Shown one piece after another: positions 1 through 9,659 of a stretch of 64,000 nt of DNA (positions are counted from its first letter, which is position 1; each line of letters begins with the position of its first letter). The notes beneath the pieces are model-generated. The model was given only the letters and a program-made list of their open reading frames with translations, made no database searches and was not told where the DNA came from. The stretch spans positions 288,001 through 352,000 of the forward strand of contig OZ253545.1 of assembly GCA_965262615.1 (NCBI GenBank), given 5' to 3'. The DNA comes from Alphaproteobacteria bacterium (lineage in GTDB: Bacteria; Pseudomonadota; Alphaproteobacteria; GM7ARS4; G965262615). A program made the position numbers and the translations under genes.

Positions 1-404
1 AGGGTCACCATGTGGCACTTTTGTGTTTGGGAACTCGCCTGCATGAAGCTCTCAAAGCGGCTGACTCCCTTGCTCAAAAAGGCATCACCGCCACCGTTGC
101 CGATGCCCGCTTTGCCAAGCCTTTGGATGAAGAACTCATTTGTCAATTGGCGCGCCATCATGATGTGCTGGTGACGCTGGAGGATGGCTCTATTGGCGGC
201 TTTGCCTCTCATGTCATGACACTGCTTGCCCATCGTGATTTGCTCAGTGGCACTCAGGTGCGTCCCATGACTCTGCCAGACCGCTTCATCCCTCACGGCA
301 AACCGCACGGACAATACGAAGACGCTCAGCTCAATGCCCCTCATATTGAAGAGATGGTGCTGCTGGCTCTGGACAAACAAAAGCCCAAACGCAAAAGAGC
401 CTAA
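1..404 (+). CDS. dxs: 1-deoxy-D-xylulose-5-phosphate synthase, C-terminal part (5'-truncated by window)
   Basis: Transketolase C-terminal domain motifs TVADARFAKPLD, TLEDGSIGGFASHV, LPDRFIPHG. Confidence 0.93.
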   Translation, partial: GHHVALLCLGTRLHEALKAADSLAQKGITATVADARFAKPLDEELICQLARHHDVLVTLEDGSIGGFASHVMTLLAHRDLLSGTQVRPMTLPDRFIPHGKPHGQYEDAQLNAPHIEEMVLLALDKQKPKRKRA

Positions 405-419
405 GAGGCTTGCAGGGTA

Positions 420-449
420 TTGACATTTTGTTGTAAAAACACACATAAT
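420..449 (+). promoter_or_regulatory. Putative sigma70 promoter for the meaB-rpmB-pyrE-pst run
   Basis: TTGACA (420-425), 18 bp spacer, CATAAT (444-449) in the intergenic gap. Confidence 0.6.
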
Positions 450-484
450 TCTGCCTCTAGTGGCGGTGAAAGAGGGCTGGTCGC

Positions 485-1462
485 ATGGGCGTTTCACATG
501 CAAAACATCAAGATGAATTGGCACACAAAGCACACAAATTAGTGCGAGGCGACCGCCGCGCTCTGTCGCGCGCCATCACCCTCACCGAATCAAACAAGTG
601 GGAAGATAATGAACGGGCGCGCGCAATGGTGGCGGCCATTGACCGCAACACCCAAAGCAAAGTGATTGGCATTTCGGGCGCGCCCGGGGTTGGCAAGTCA
701 AGCTTCATTGAATCCTTTGGCTTGCACGCCACCAAACAAGGACTGTCGGTTGCCGTTTTGGCGGTTGACCCCTCATCCGCCACTGGCGGCGGGGCTATTT
801 TGGGCGATAAAACCCGCATGATGCAACTGGCGCGCGCACCCCAAGCCTATGTGCGTCCATCACCCAGTGGCGTCTCGTCACGCGGCATTGCTCACGGCAC
901 TTATGACGCCATCGCTTTGTGTGAAGCGGCGGGATTTGACCTCATCCTTGTGGAAACCGTCGGCGTGGGACAAGCCGAGACCGCCGTGCGTGATGTGGTG
1001 GATTGCTTCGTTCTGCTGGTCAATCCCGCAGGCGGTGACGCTCTGCAAGGAATCAAGCGCGGCATCATGGAACTGGCTGACCTCATCATTGTCCATAAAG
1101 CCGACAACGACCTATTGCATCAAGCTCAGCAAACCGCTCAAGAATACACCAATGCCCTTGCCCTCATGCGAGCGCGCCACAAGAACTGGCAAGTGCCACT
1201 GCTCACCGTCTCTTCCCACAGCAACAAGGGAATTGACGAGGTGTTCTCTGCCATGACGCAATTTTTTGAAGTCATGAAGGATGTCATCACCGCACAAAGA
1301 CGCAAGCAAAAAGAAAAACAGCTGCGACAACAAATGGACAGCCAATTGCAAAAAATGCTGGAAAAAGCCGACCTGGATAAAATTCAGCAAGTCATCCGAT
1401 TTGTTCAAGAAAAAAACTTGAACTTTCCTCACAGCTCTCTTAAGAGTGCGAGTGAAAGGTAA
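485..1462 (+). CDS. meaB: Methylmalonyl-CoA mutase-associated GTPase MeaB/ArgK
   Basis: GDRRALSRAITL, GAPGVGKS, VDPSS..GGAILGDKTRM, ETVGVGQ, LQGIKRGIMELAD. Confidence 0.93.
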   Translation: MGVSHAKHQDELAHKAHKLVRGDRRALSRAITLTESNKWEDNERARAMVAAIDRNTQSKVIGISGAPGVGKSSFIESFGLHATKQGLSVAVLAVDPSSATGGGAILGDKTRMMQLARAPQAYVRPSPSGVSSRGIAHGTYDAIALCEAAGFDLILVETVGVGQAETAVRDVVDCFVLLVNPAGGDALQGIKRGIMELADLIIVHKADNDLLHQAQQTAQEYTNALALMRARHKNWQVPLLTVSSHSNKGIDEVFSAMTQFFEVMKDVITAQRRKQKEKQLRQQMDSQLQKMLEKADLDKIQQVIRFVQEKNLNFPHSSLKSASER

Positions 1463-1466
1463 TTTT

Positions 1467-1769
1467 ATGTCTCGTCACTGTATCATTACCCAAAAAAAGG
1501 TCGCCAGCGGCAACAATGTGAGCCATGCTCACAACAAGACCAAGCGGCGATTTTTTCCCAACTTGCAATCGGTCTCCTTCTATTGCGATGACCTCAAGGA
1601 GCGTGTGCGCCTCTCCATCAGCACCCACGGCTTGCGCACCATAGAGCATCACGGCGGCATTGAGGCATGGTTGCGCCGTCATAAGCCCAGCGACCCCAAT
1701 TTGTTGCGTCTCAAAAAACGACTGCAACGCATTGATCGCCTCAAAGAAACCGAAACAAAAAAATCATAG
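1467..1769 (+). CDS. rpmB: 50S ribosomal protein L28
   Basis: MSRHC...GNNVSHAHNKTKRRFFPNLQ; alphaproteobacterial long form. Confidence 0.95.
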   Translation: MSRHCIITQKKVASGNNVSHAHNKTKRRFFPNLQSVSFYCDDLKERVRLSISTHGLRTIEHHGGIEAWLRRHKPSDPNLLRLKKRLQRIDRLKETETKKS

Positions 1770-1809
1770 CCTCGCCGTCATGGGAAAGTCACGCAGGGAA
1801 GCCAACGCC

Positions 1810-2454
1810 ATGACATCCCATCCCAATTCCCTTGCTCATCAGCGCATGGTGGCACAGCACCTGCTTGGCATTGGCGCAGCCAACATGGATGAATCCGCTC
1901 CCTTTACCCTCACCTCCGGCAAACAAAGCCCCTTGTATGTTGATGTGCGGCGACTGCTTTCTTATCCGCAAGAGCGCGATATGATTATGGATCGTGCTGC
2001 CACATTGCTAGAAAGCCAATTGCCTCACCTTTCTCACATGACCATCGCTGGTGGCGAAAGTGCTGGAATCCCTTTTGCCGCTTTTCTTGCTCACCACTGG
2101 CAACTGCCTCTCATCTATGTGCGCAAACAGCCGAAAAAATTCGGCTTGCAAAAAAACATAGAAGGTGACCTCAATCCCGACCGTTCCATTCTGCTGGTGG
2201 AGGACATCCTCACCCAAGGCACCAGCAAAGCGATGTTTATTAATCGTCTGCGAGAGGAGGGGGGAACAATCAATGACATTTTTATCCCTATTTCCTATCA
2301 AAACGAGCAACAAGAAGAGGCTTTTGGTAAAGCTCACAATTTGCGTGTTCACAGTTTGAGTCGCATCAGCGTGTTGCTGGATGTGGCACAAGAACAACAA
2401 ACACACTCTCTCGCCGCCATCACCGCCGCCCGCCAGTGGCTTGCTCAGTTATGA
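1810..2454 (+). CDS. pyrE: Orotate phosphoribosyltransferase (start may be 1780)
   Basis: PFTLTSGKQSPLYVDVRRLLSYP, YVRKQPKKFG, PRPP motif LLVEDILTQGTS. Confidence 0.92.
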   Translation: MTSHPNSLAHQRMVAQHLLGIGAANMDESAPFTLTSGKQSPLYVDVRRLLSYPQERDMIMDRAATLLESQLPHLSHMTIAGGESAGIPFAAFLAHHWQLPLIYVRKQPKKFGLQKNIEGDLNPDRSILLVEDILTQGTSKAMFINRLREEGGTINDIFIPISYQNEQQEEAFGKAHNLRVHSLSRISVLLDVAQEQQTHSLAAITAARQWLAQL

Positions 2455-3353
2455 CACAAGCTATGACCGCACGCGCCGTTCGCAGTCTTTTATTTTTGTG
2501 TTCCTTTGTCGCTGTTCTCACCACCTTCGGCATCGTGATGTCTTTGGCGACCGAAAGTCTGCATTTTTTTACGCACATCTCCCTTTTTGATTTTCTCACC
2601 GCAACCCAGTGGGACCCTCGCTTTGATGAGGATGGCGGCTCGTTCTCGCCCTGGCCCTTGTTGTGGGGCACATTTTACATATCGGTGATTGCCCTGCTGT
2701 TTTCGCTGTTTTTCGGACTCCTGACCGCCATTCACATGGTTTATTATGCCAGTGAGCCTTTGCGTCAATGGCTCAAACCCGCATTGGAATTGCTCGCGGG
2801 CATTCCCACTGTGGTTTATGGTTTTTTTGCCCTTGTGTTTTTGGGCCCTGTCATTAGCGACTTGGGTCATTTTTTGGGCATTGCCGCCACGCCATCCAGC
2901 GTCTTGGCGGCGGGCATCACCATGGGCATCATGCTGATTCCCTTCATCTCCAGCTTGTCCGATGATATTCTAAGCGCACTGCCATCCCACTTGAAAGACG
3001 GCTCTTTGGCGTTGGGCTCTACCTTGTCGGAAGCCATCGTGCGGGTTCTGTTGCCCGCGGCAACCCCCGGTCTTGCCGCCGCGGTGGTGCTGGCTTTCTC
3101 GCGCGCCATGGGAGAGACCATGATTGTGGTCATGGCAGCGGGCATTGCGGCGCGCTACAGTCTCAACCCCTTTGAGTCGGTCACCACCGTCACCGTCAAA
3201 ATCGTCTCGCAACTGACGGGAGACTATGAGTTCAATTCACCGCAAACACTGGTGGCTTTTGTTTTGGGCTCGTTGCTTTTTGTCATCACCCTTGCCATGA
3301 ATGCGTGGGCATTGACGGTGGTGCGCCGCTACAAACTGCGTCATGCCGCATGA
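2451..3353 (+). CDS. pstC: Phosphate ABC transporter permease PstC
   Basis: KPALELLAGIPTVVYGFF, SRAMGETMIV; ATGA overlap with pyrE stop. Confidence 0.94.
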   Translation: MTQAMTARAVRSLLFLCSFVAVLTTFGIVMSLATESLHFFTHISLFDFLTATQWDPRFDEDGGSFSPWPLLWGTFYISVIALLFSLFFGLLTAIHMVYYASEPLRQWLKPALELLAGIPTVVYGFFALVFLGPVISDLGHFLGIAATPSSVLAAGITMGIMLIPFISSLSDDILSALPSHLKDGSLALGSTLSEAIVRVLLPAATPGLAAAVVLAFSRAMGETMIVVMAAGIAARYSLNPFESVTTVTVKIVSQLTGDYEFNSPQTLVAFVLGSLLFVITLAMNAWALTVVRRYKLRHAA

Positions 3354-4555
3354 AACAACGCCAGCAAAAAGACTTTTTTTTTAGCGCATTGAGCCGTTTT
3401 GCCGCACTCATGAGCGGGCTGTTTTTGCTGGCTCTCCTTGCCATCATCACCGTCACTGGCAGTAATTCATTGTATGAAGCGCGCATTTATCTGGATATTC
3501 CCATAGAAAACACGGACGCAAGCTCTTATCGCACCCCCATGCGGGCATCATTGCATCATCTGTTGGGTGTCAGTGGTCGTCAAGATAAGCGTCAAGCCAA
3601 TCGTCTTTTGAGCAGTGCCGCGGACAGCGTCCTGACACACCACCTCACGCGAAACGCAATCACCTCACCGCAAACCATCTCTGTGTGGCTTCCCGCCTCT
3701 GCGCTGGTGGATGATGTCATGAACGGACGCATTGATTTGACCAATCCTCACAGCGAACGCATCGTCTCTGCCCAATTGCGCGGCTGGATTGAATCGCTGC
3801 AGCAGCAAAATCGTCTGGCACTTTTTTTCAACTGGACTTTCTTCACCGCAGGAGCAGCCACCTCGCCTGAGCGCGCGGGCATCGGCGTGGCATTGTTAGG
3901 CTCGCTGATGATGATGCTCATCGTCGCCCTGACCGCCATTCCTATGGGGGTTGGTGCGGCGCTTTATTTGGAAGAATTTGCCCCACGCACACAATTCGTC
4001 TCCGTCCTTGAAACCCTCATCAACAACCTTGCCGCCATCCCTTCAATCGTCTTTGGGATTTTGGGCTTGGCAATTTTCATTCAGTGGTTCGCCTTGCCAC
4101 GCTCGGCGGCTCTTGTGGGCGGACTCGCCCTCTCTGTGATGACACTGCCCACCATCGTCATTGCCACCCGTGGCGCATTGGCATCGGTGCCGCGCCATGT
4201 CCGAGAAGCCGCCCTCGCATTGGGAGCATCCCATCATCAAATGGTGTTTCATCATGTGCTGCCACTGGCTCTGCCCGCCATCATGACGGGGTCTATCATT
4301 GGCTTGTCGCAAGCTCTGGGTGAGACCGCTCCCCTTTTGCTCATCGGCATGGTGGCATTCATCGCCGACACCCCCACCTCCTTGCTTGATCCCGCCAGTG
4401 CCCTGCCGGTGCAAATCTTCATCTGGGCGGGCGCAGCCGAGAGAGGATTTACAGACAGGGCAAGCACCGCTATACTGGTGCTGGTTTTGTTCCTCATCGT
4501 CATGAATAGCCTCGCTATTTTTATCAGAAAAAAATTCACCAAGCCGTTCGCGTGA
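3350..4555 (+). CDS. pstA: Phosphate ABC transporter permease PstA
   Basis: YLEEFAP, INNLAAIPSIVFGILGL, ALGETAPLLLIG; ATGA overlap with pstC. Confidence 0.94.
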   Translation: MKQRQQKDFFFSALSRFAALMSGLFLLALLAIITVTGSNSLYEARIYLDIPIENTDASSYRTPMRASLHHLLGVSGRQDKRQANRLLSSAADSVLTHHLTRNAITSPQTISVWLPASALVDDVMNGRIDLTNPHSERIVSAQLRGWIESLQQQNRLALFFNWTFFTAGAATSPERAGIGVALLGSLMMMLIVALTAIPMGVGAALYLEEFAPRTQFVSVLETLINNLAAIPSIVFGILGLAIFIQWFALPRSAALVGGLALSVMTLPTIVIATRGALASVPRHVREAALALGASHHQMVFHHVLPLALPAIMTGSIIGLSQALGETAPLLLIGMVAFIADTPTSLLDPASALPVQIFIWAGAAERGFTDRASTAILVLVLFLIVMNSLAIFIRKKFTKPFA

Positions 4556-5335
4556 ATGACAATGACCCCTTCTCGCGACCGTTCTTTCATCAAAAGCCAC
4601 CGCCTCAGTGTTTTCTATGGCGAAAAACAAGCCCTGTTTGACATCAATCTGGACATTCACGCAAAAGAAGTCACCGCCCTCATCGGACCCTCGGGATGCG
4701 GCAAAACCACCTTCATTCGCTGTCTCAATCGCATCAATGATGAAATTGCCCTGTGTCGTGTTCGCGGCACCGTCACCCTCAATGGTGACAATATTTATCA
4801 TTCATCGGTGGATGTGGTGTCCTTGCGCCGCCGTGTGGGAATGGTCTTTCAAAAGCCCAACCCCTTTCCGCAATCCATCTATGACAACATCGCCTATGGA
4901 GTGCGTATTCACAAAATGTATCGCCGTCCAGATGAACTGGATGCCATTGTGGAACAATCCCTCAAAAAAGCCGCACTGTGGAATGAAGTCAAAGATCGCA
5001 TTCACGAACCCAGCCTGTGGCTCTCGGGAGGACAGCAACAACGACTGTGCATCGCTCGCGCCCTTGCCATCCAGCCGGAAGTCATCCTGATGGATGAGCC
5101 CTGCTCCGCCCTTGACCCCATCGCCACCGCCCGTGTGGAAGATCTCATTCAAGAACTCAAGCAGCAGTACACCATCATCATTGTCACCCATTCCATGCAA
5201 CAAGCCGCGCGTGTGTCATCACGCACCGCCTTCTTTCACATGGGACGCATGATTGAATGTGACGACACCAAAAAAATATTCACCAACCCCGAAGAAAATC
5301 AGACTCGTGACTACATCACGGGTCGCTTCGGATAA
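4556..5335 (+). CDS. pstB: Phosphate ABC transporter ATP-binding protein PstB
   Basis: [42 protein letters not shown]. Confidence 0.97.
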   Translation: MTMTPSRDRSFIKSHRLSVFYGEKQALFDINLDIHAKEVTALIGPSGCGKTTFIRCLNRINDEIALCRVRGTVTLNGDNIYHSSVDVVSLRRRVGMVFQKPNPFPQSIYDNIAYGVRIHKMYRRPDELDAIVEQSLKKAALWNEVKDRIHEPSLWLSGGQQQRLCIARALAIQPEVILMDEPCSALDPIATARVEDLIQELKQQYTIIIVTHSMQQAARVSSRTAFFHMGRMIECDDTKKIFTNPEENQTRDYITGRFG

Positions 5336-5375
5336 TCACAAGGCGTTCATCTTGATTATGATAGACTCATCCCCC

Positions 5376-6062
5376 ATGTCCTCAAAACAATCCCATATCG
5401 TCAGCGCGTTTGACCAAGAACTCAAAGACCTCTCTCGGCGACTGGTGACCATGAATGACCACAGCTGCGCCATGCTGTCCGATGCCATCGCCCTGCTTTC
5501 ATCATTGGACGAAGGCAAAGCTGAGCTCATCGTCAAGGACGATGAGCTGATTGATCAAAAAGAAGAAGAAGTCTCACTGTTTGCCGTGAAACTTCTGGCA
5601 CTGCGACAACCCATGGCAGACGATTTGCGCTTTATTGTCTCCGCCATCCGCATCGCCAGTGATATTGAGCGCATCGCCGATTACGCCAGCAATATCGCGG
5701 AGAGCGTGCTCTATATGAAGAAAAAAATCACCGCTCCCGCCAATCTCATCTCGCTGGGCAAAGCCACTCTCACCATGCTCACGAAAACCAGCCAATTGCT
5801 CACCAATCCCAGCAGCTCCACCGCCATCCATCTGTGGCATCAGGATGACGAAGTCAATCAGCTCTATCTTTCCCTTTTCAAAGAACTGGTGCAGCAACTG
5901 GCACAATCAACCCATGAAGACGAAACCCAATCCCTCATGCAATACATCTTCATGGCAAAAACCTTTGAGCGTGTGGGCGATCGCATCACCAATGTCAGTG
6001 AGGCGGTGTATTATCAAAGAAAAGGCTCATCGCTCGCGCGCGCCATTCATCACGATTCATGA
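5376..6062 (+). CDS. phoU: Phosphate signalling protein PhoU (start may be 5358)
   Basis: HIVSAFDQEL, LALRQPMADDLR, DIERIADYASNIA, FERVGDRITNVSE. Confidence 0.95.
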   Translation: MSSKQSHIVSAFDQELKDLSRRLVTMNDHSCAMLSDAIALLSSLDEGKAELIVKDDELIDQKEEEVSLFAVKLLALRQPMADDLRFIVSAIRIASDIERIADYASNIAESVLYMKKKITAPANLISLGKATLTMLTKTSQLLTNPSSSTAIHLWHQDDEVNQLYLSLFKELVQQLAQSTHEDETQSLMQYIFMAKTFERVGDRITNVSEAVYYQRKGSSLARAIHHDS

Positions 6063-6619
6063 CGCCCCCTTTGCCAAAGGAACGCTTTGCCATCCTCTAT
6101 GCCGACCCGCCGTGGGACTACAAAGGACAGTGGCAACACGCTGGCTGTGGCAGCGACGACACAGGGGGAGCGGCGCGTCATTATCCCACCGTCACATTGA
6201 ACGACATGATTGGTTGGGACATCGCCAGCATCACCGAAAAAGATGCCCTGCTTTTTATGTGGTCTAGTTCGCCTCACTTGGATCAAGCCATTCAACTGGG
6301 CAAAGGATGGGGATTTGCCTGGGCGACCATCGCCTTTGTGTGGGATAAGCAACGGGTGAATCCATCGTTCTACACCATGAGTCAGTGCGAATTGTGTCTT
6401 GTGTTCAAAAAAGGCAAAATTCCCAGCCCTCGCGGCGCGCGCAATGTGCGTCAATTTCTGTCGGAAAAGCGCGCCGCCCATTCGGTCAAACCCGACAGCG
6501 TCCGCCAGCGCATTGAATCCATGTTTCCCCATCACAAAAAAATAGAGCTGTTTGCCCGTCAGCACACCAAAGGCTGGCACGCATGGGGGCTGGACATCAC
6601 TTCCGCAACAAAGGAATAG
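6059..6619 (+). CDS. MT-A70-family (DPPW) adenine methyltransferase, orphan
   Basis: ILYADPPWDY, LLFMW, AFVWDK, HSVKPD, KIELFARQ..GW.AWG; ATGA overlap with phoU. Confidence 0.88.
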   Translation: MTPPLPKERFAILYADPPWDYKGQWQHAGCGSDDTGGAARHYPTVTLNDMIGWDIASITEKDALLFMWSSSPHLDQAIQLGKGWGFAWATIAFVWDKQRVNPSFYTMSQCELCLVFKKGKIPSPRGARNVRQFLSEKRAAHSVKPDSVRQRIESMFPHHKKIELFARQHTKGWHAWGLDITSATKE

Positions 6620-6757
6620 AGCTGTTTGTCAGCACACCAAAGGCTGGCACGCATGGGGACTGGACATCACTTCCGCAACAAAGGAATAGAGCTGTTTGTC
6701 AGCACACCAAAGGCTGGCACGCATGGAGACTGGACATCACTTCCGCAACAGAGGAAT
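6541..6757. repeat. 3 tandem copies (74/70/70 bp) of the MT-A70/ampG convergent 3'-end junction
   Basis: Units start at 6541, 6615 and 6685 (aatagagctgtttg...catcacttccgcaacaRagg). Confidence 0.97.
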
Positions 6758-7984
6758 GCTGCGTAGATAATACACAATAAATAACGCTGGCAGTGCCGCC
6801 ACCGCCGACACAATGAAAAAAGTATCCCACGCCACCCATGATGCCACATAACCACTGCCCGATGCCAACACGCTGCGTCCCACCATCGCCAATGAAGACA
6901 ACAACGCATAGTGACTCGCCGCCAGTGACACATCACACAAGCGCGACAAAAACGCCACAAACACCGCCGAGCCCATGCCTCCCGTCACATTTTCAATCAT
7001 CACCACCCAAAACAACACCGTCACATCGTGACCCGCCGCATAGAGCCAGACAAAAGCAAAATTAGACACCAATTGCAAAATTCCCGCCACCAACAACGCT
7101 CGCCCCAATGACCAGTGATAACTCATAAAAGCTCCCGCAATCGTTCCCGCTATCACTGCGCCCGTTCCCACAACCTTAGACACCAACGCCACCTCACTCG
7201 CCGAAAAAGAAAGGGCATAATAAAAAGGAAGAGTCATCACCCCCGCCACCGCATCTCCCAATTTATAAAGAGGAATAAAAAGCACAAACCACAGCATTTT
7301 TTCTTTCATCAACAGTGTGCGTAGACAATCAAGCCAAAAAACAAGCCCTTTGGAAGCAACCTTCACTTTCAAGGGACGCTCAGTTGGAGCACAAATTGTC
7401 ATCACCATGCACGGCAGCAAAGCCGCCGCCATCACGCCGTACACCATCTGCCATGACATCCATTCTGATAGTGCCAGTGCGCCCGCGCCCGCCATCAATA
7501 ATCCCAGCCGATAGCCCATCTGCAACACCGCCGCACCAACGCCCTGCTCAGACGGCGGCAACAACGCAATGCGATAGCCATCAATGGCAATGTCTTGAGA
7601 GGCGGAAAAAAATGACACAAGCAAAGCCAGCAGTGCCAACATCAATGGCTGTTCTGACGGATTCTGAAACCCCATCAGCACAATGACCGGCACCAATGCC
7701 CATTGACTCACGAGAATGAGTCCTCGCCTTTTCATTCTCAGAGACGCGCCGTGAGCATCAAAAAACGGCGCCCACAAAAATTTAATCGCATAAGGCAACG
7801 ACACCAACGAAAACAACCCAATGGATTGCAACGACACCCCTTGCGTTGATAGCCACCACGCCAAAGTAGACCCCGTCAACGCCAGCGGCAGTCCGCTGGC
7901 AAATCCAAGAACAAACAACGCCCCATATCGCCGTGTGCCCAACAGGCGGAGCGATGATGCCGCGTCATCCATCCATCGCCGCAT
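6737..7984 (-). CDS. ampG: AmpG-family muropeptide MFS permease
   Basis: LGFASGLPLALTGSTL, LPYAIKFLWAP, SASQDIAIDGYRI, YKLGDA, ENVTGGMG. Confidence 0.92.
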   Translation of the reverse strand: MRRWMDDAASSLRLLGTRRYGALFVLGFASGLPLALTGSTLAWWLSTQGVSLQSIGLFSLVSLPYAIKFLWAPFFDAHGASLRMKRRGLILVSQWALVPVIVLMGFQNPSEQPLMLALLALLVSFFSASQDIAIDGYRIALLPPSEQGVGAAVLQMGYRLGLLMAGAGALALSEWMSWQMVYGVMAAALLPCMVMTICAPTERPLKVKVASKGLVFWLDCLRTLLMKEKMLWFVLFIPLYKLGDAVAGVMTLPFYYALSFSASEVALVSKVVGTGAVIAGTIAGAFMSYHWSLGRALLVAGILQLVSNFAFVWLYAAGHDVTVLFWVVMIENVTGGMGSAVFVAFLSRLCDVSLAASHYALLSSLAMVGRSVLASGSGYVASWVAWDTFFIVSAVAALPALFIVYYLRSIPLLRK

Positions 7985-8976
7985 CAATGATCGCCTTGCA
8001 CAATCAGTTTTTGCAACGACTCTGCGGGTCGCCCGCCAATATGAGAAATGACCTCTTCCGCCGCCCATGCCCCCAAGTGACCACATTCCACCAGCGTTTT
8101 GTCATGAGCCAATCCCCATAAGAATCCTGCGGCATACAAATCTCCTGCGCCGGTCATATCCACCACGCCGGCGCGCGCATACGCCGCAATCTCATGACGC
8201 TCCTCGCCTTGCAAAATCACCGAGCCTTGCGCACTGCGTGTGCCAATCACCGTCTCACACAGTGAGAGCAGAAAATGCTCTTGGGTCTCTTGCTCCTTGC
8301 TGTCACACAAAGCCTCCGCCTCTCGCGCATTGGCAAAGACAATATCAACATGATTCTTCATAAAAGGAATGAGCGTATGACGATGCTCCATCACCAAGCC
8401 GCCATCGGACAAAGAAAACGCCACCCTGCCTCCCGCCGCCTTCACGCGCTGTGCCGCCTTGCTGAGCACTTTTTGTCCGTGAGGGCAGCTCCACAAATAA
8501 CCTTCCAAAAAAACAATGGCGGTGTCATCAAGCCACTGGTCATTGAGATCGCTGGGCTCTAATTCAGTGCTCGCCCCAAGAAATGTCTGCATGGTGCGTT
8601 CGGCATCCGGTGTCACGGCAATCAGACAGTGTGCCGTTTCAGCCCCCTCTTGTGCCTGCGGTGTCTCATAGCACACCCCCATGGCGCGAATGGAGCTCAC
8701 AAATTCATCCCCCCAATGATCCTTTTTCACCCGTCCGATAAACGCCGCCGAGCCTCCCAGTGATGCCACTCCCACCGATGTATTCGCCGCCGAGCCGCCA
8801 CACACACATTCTTGCACCCGCAAAGAAGACACCACATCTTGCGCCACCGGCTGCGTCACAAGAGTCATTCCGCCCTTGACTAATTGATGCTGCAACAAAA
8901 AATCATCCTCCACCGCCACCAAAACATCCACCACGGCATTGCCAATGGCAAGCACATCAAATTCTTTACGCGCCAT
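7984..8976 (-). CDS. PfkB-family sugar/adenosine kinase
   Basis: IGNAVVDV, GGSAANT, ERTMQTFLGAS, DMTGAGDLYAAGFL; GGGAGG SD before ATG 8976. Confidence 0.9.
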   Translation of the reverse strand: MARKEFDVLAIGNAVVDVLVAVEDDFLLQHQLVKGGMTLVTQPVAQDVVSSLRVQECVCGGSAANTSVGVASLGGSAAFIGRVKKDHWGDEFVSSIRAMGVCYETPQAQEGAETAHCLIAVTPDAERTMQTFLGASTELEPSDLNDQWLDDTAIVFLEGYLWSCPHGQKVLSKAAQRVKAAGGRVAFSLSDGGLVMEHRHTLIPFMKNHVDIVFANAREAEALCDSKEQETQEHFLLSLCETVIGTRSAQGSVILQGEERHEIAAYARAGVVDMTGAGDLYAAGFLWGLAHDKTLVECGHLGAWAAEEVISHIGGRPAESLQKLIVQGDH

Positions 8977-9616
8977 TTTTTCCCTCCCATGAACATAAAT
9001 CATAAATCACACATCCCTCACACAACGGATTGCGCGCTTTGCAGCGATAGCGTCCGTGCAAAATCAACCAGTGATGGCAGTGCCGCAACGCCCACGATGG
9101 CACCACCTCCATCAATTGCTTCTCCACCGCATCAGGTGTCTTTGCCGATGCCAGCCCCAAGCGATGAGACACCCTAAATAAATGAGTATCCACCGCAATG
9201 GTGGGCTGTCCAAACGCCGTGTTGAGAACCACATTGGCAGTCTTGCGTCCCACACCCGCCAGACTCACCAATTCCGCCTCACTGGCAGGAACTTCTCCCG
9301 CAAAGTCATCCACCAACTGCTGACTCAGTGTCATGATGTTGCGCGCCTTATTACGATACAATCCAATGGTTTTAATGTGATCAATCAAGCCCGCCTCTCC
9401 CAGTGCCAGCATTTGCTCGGGACTGTGCACCTTGGCAAATAATCCCTCCGTTGCCTTATTGACTCCCTTATCGGTCGCCTGTGCCGACAGCACCACCGCT
9501 ACCAATAATGTGTAGCTGTTGCTATAGTTCAGCTCTCCTTTGGGCTCTGGCGTGACCTCGGCAAAGCGGCGAAACATTTCCTCAATGGTGTCGCTGTTTG
9601 GTGGCGTGGTATTCAT
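8966..9616 (-). CDS. nth: Endonuclease III
   Basis: LLVAVVLSAQATDKGVNKAT, HhH LAGVGRKTANVV, VDTH, C-x6-C-x2-C-x5-C Fe-S motif. Confidence 0.96.
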   Translation of the reverse strand: MNTTPPNSDTIEEMFRRFAEVTPEPKGELNYSNSYTLLVAVVLSAQATDKGVNKATEGLFAKVHSPEQMLALGEAGLIDHIKTIGLYRNKARNIMTLSQQLVDDFAGEVPASEAELVSLAGVGRKTANVVLNTAFGQPTIAVDTHLFRVSHRLGLASAKTPDAVEKQLMEVVPSWALRHCHHWLILHGRYRCKARNPLCEGCVIYDLCSWEGKNGA

Positions 9617-9659
9617 CGTCTCCTCATAGCAACCCTCACATCGAAAAAACACCCTTATC

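Noticed and set aside
6541-6757. CRISPR array interpretation of this and the 59508-60027 repeats
   Set aside because: Units are contiguous near-identical copies of gene ends with no unique spacers, and no cas genes are present.
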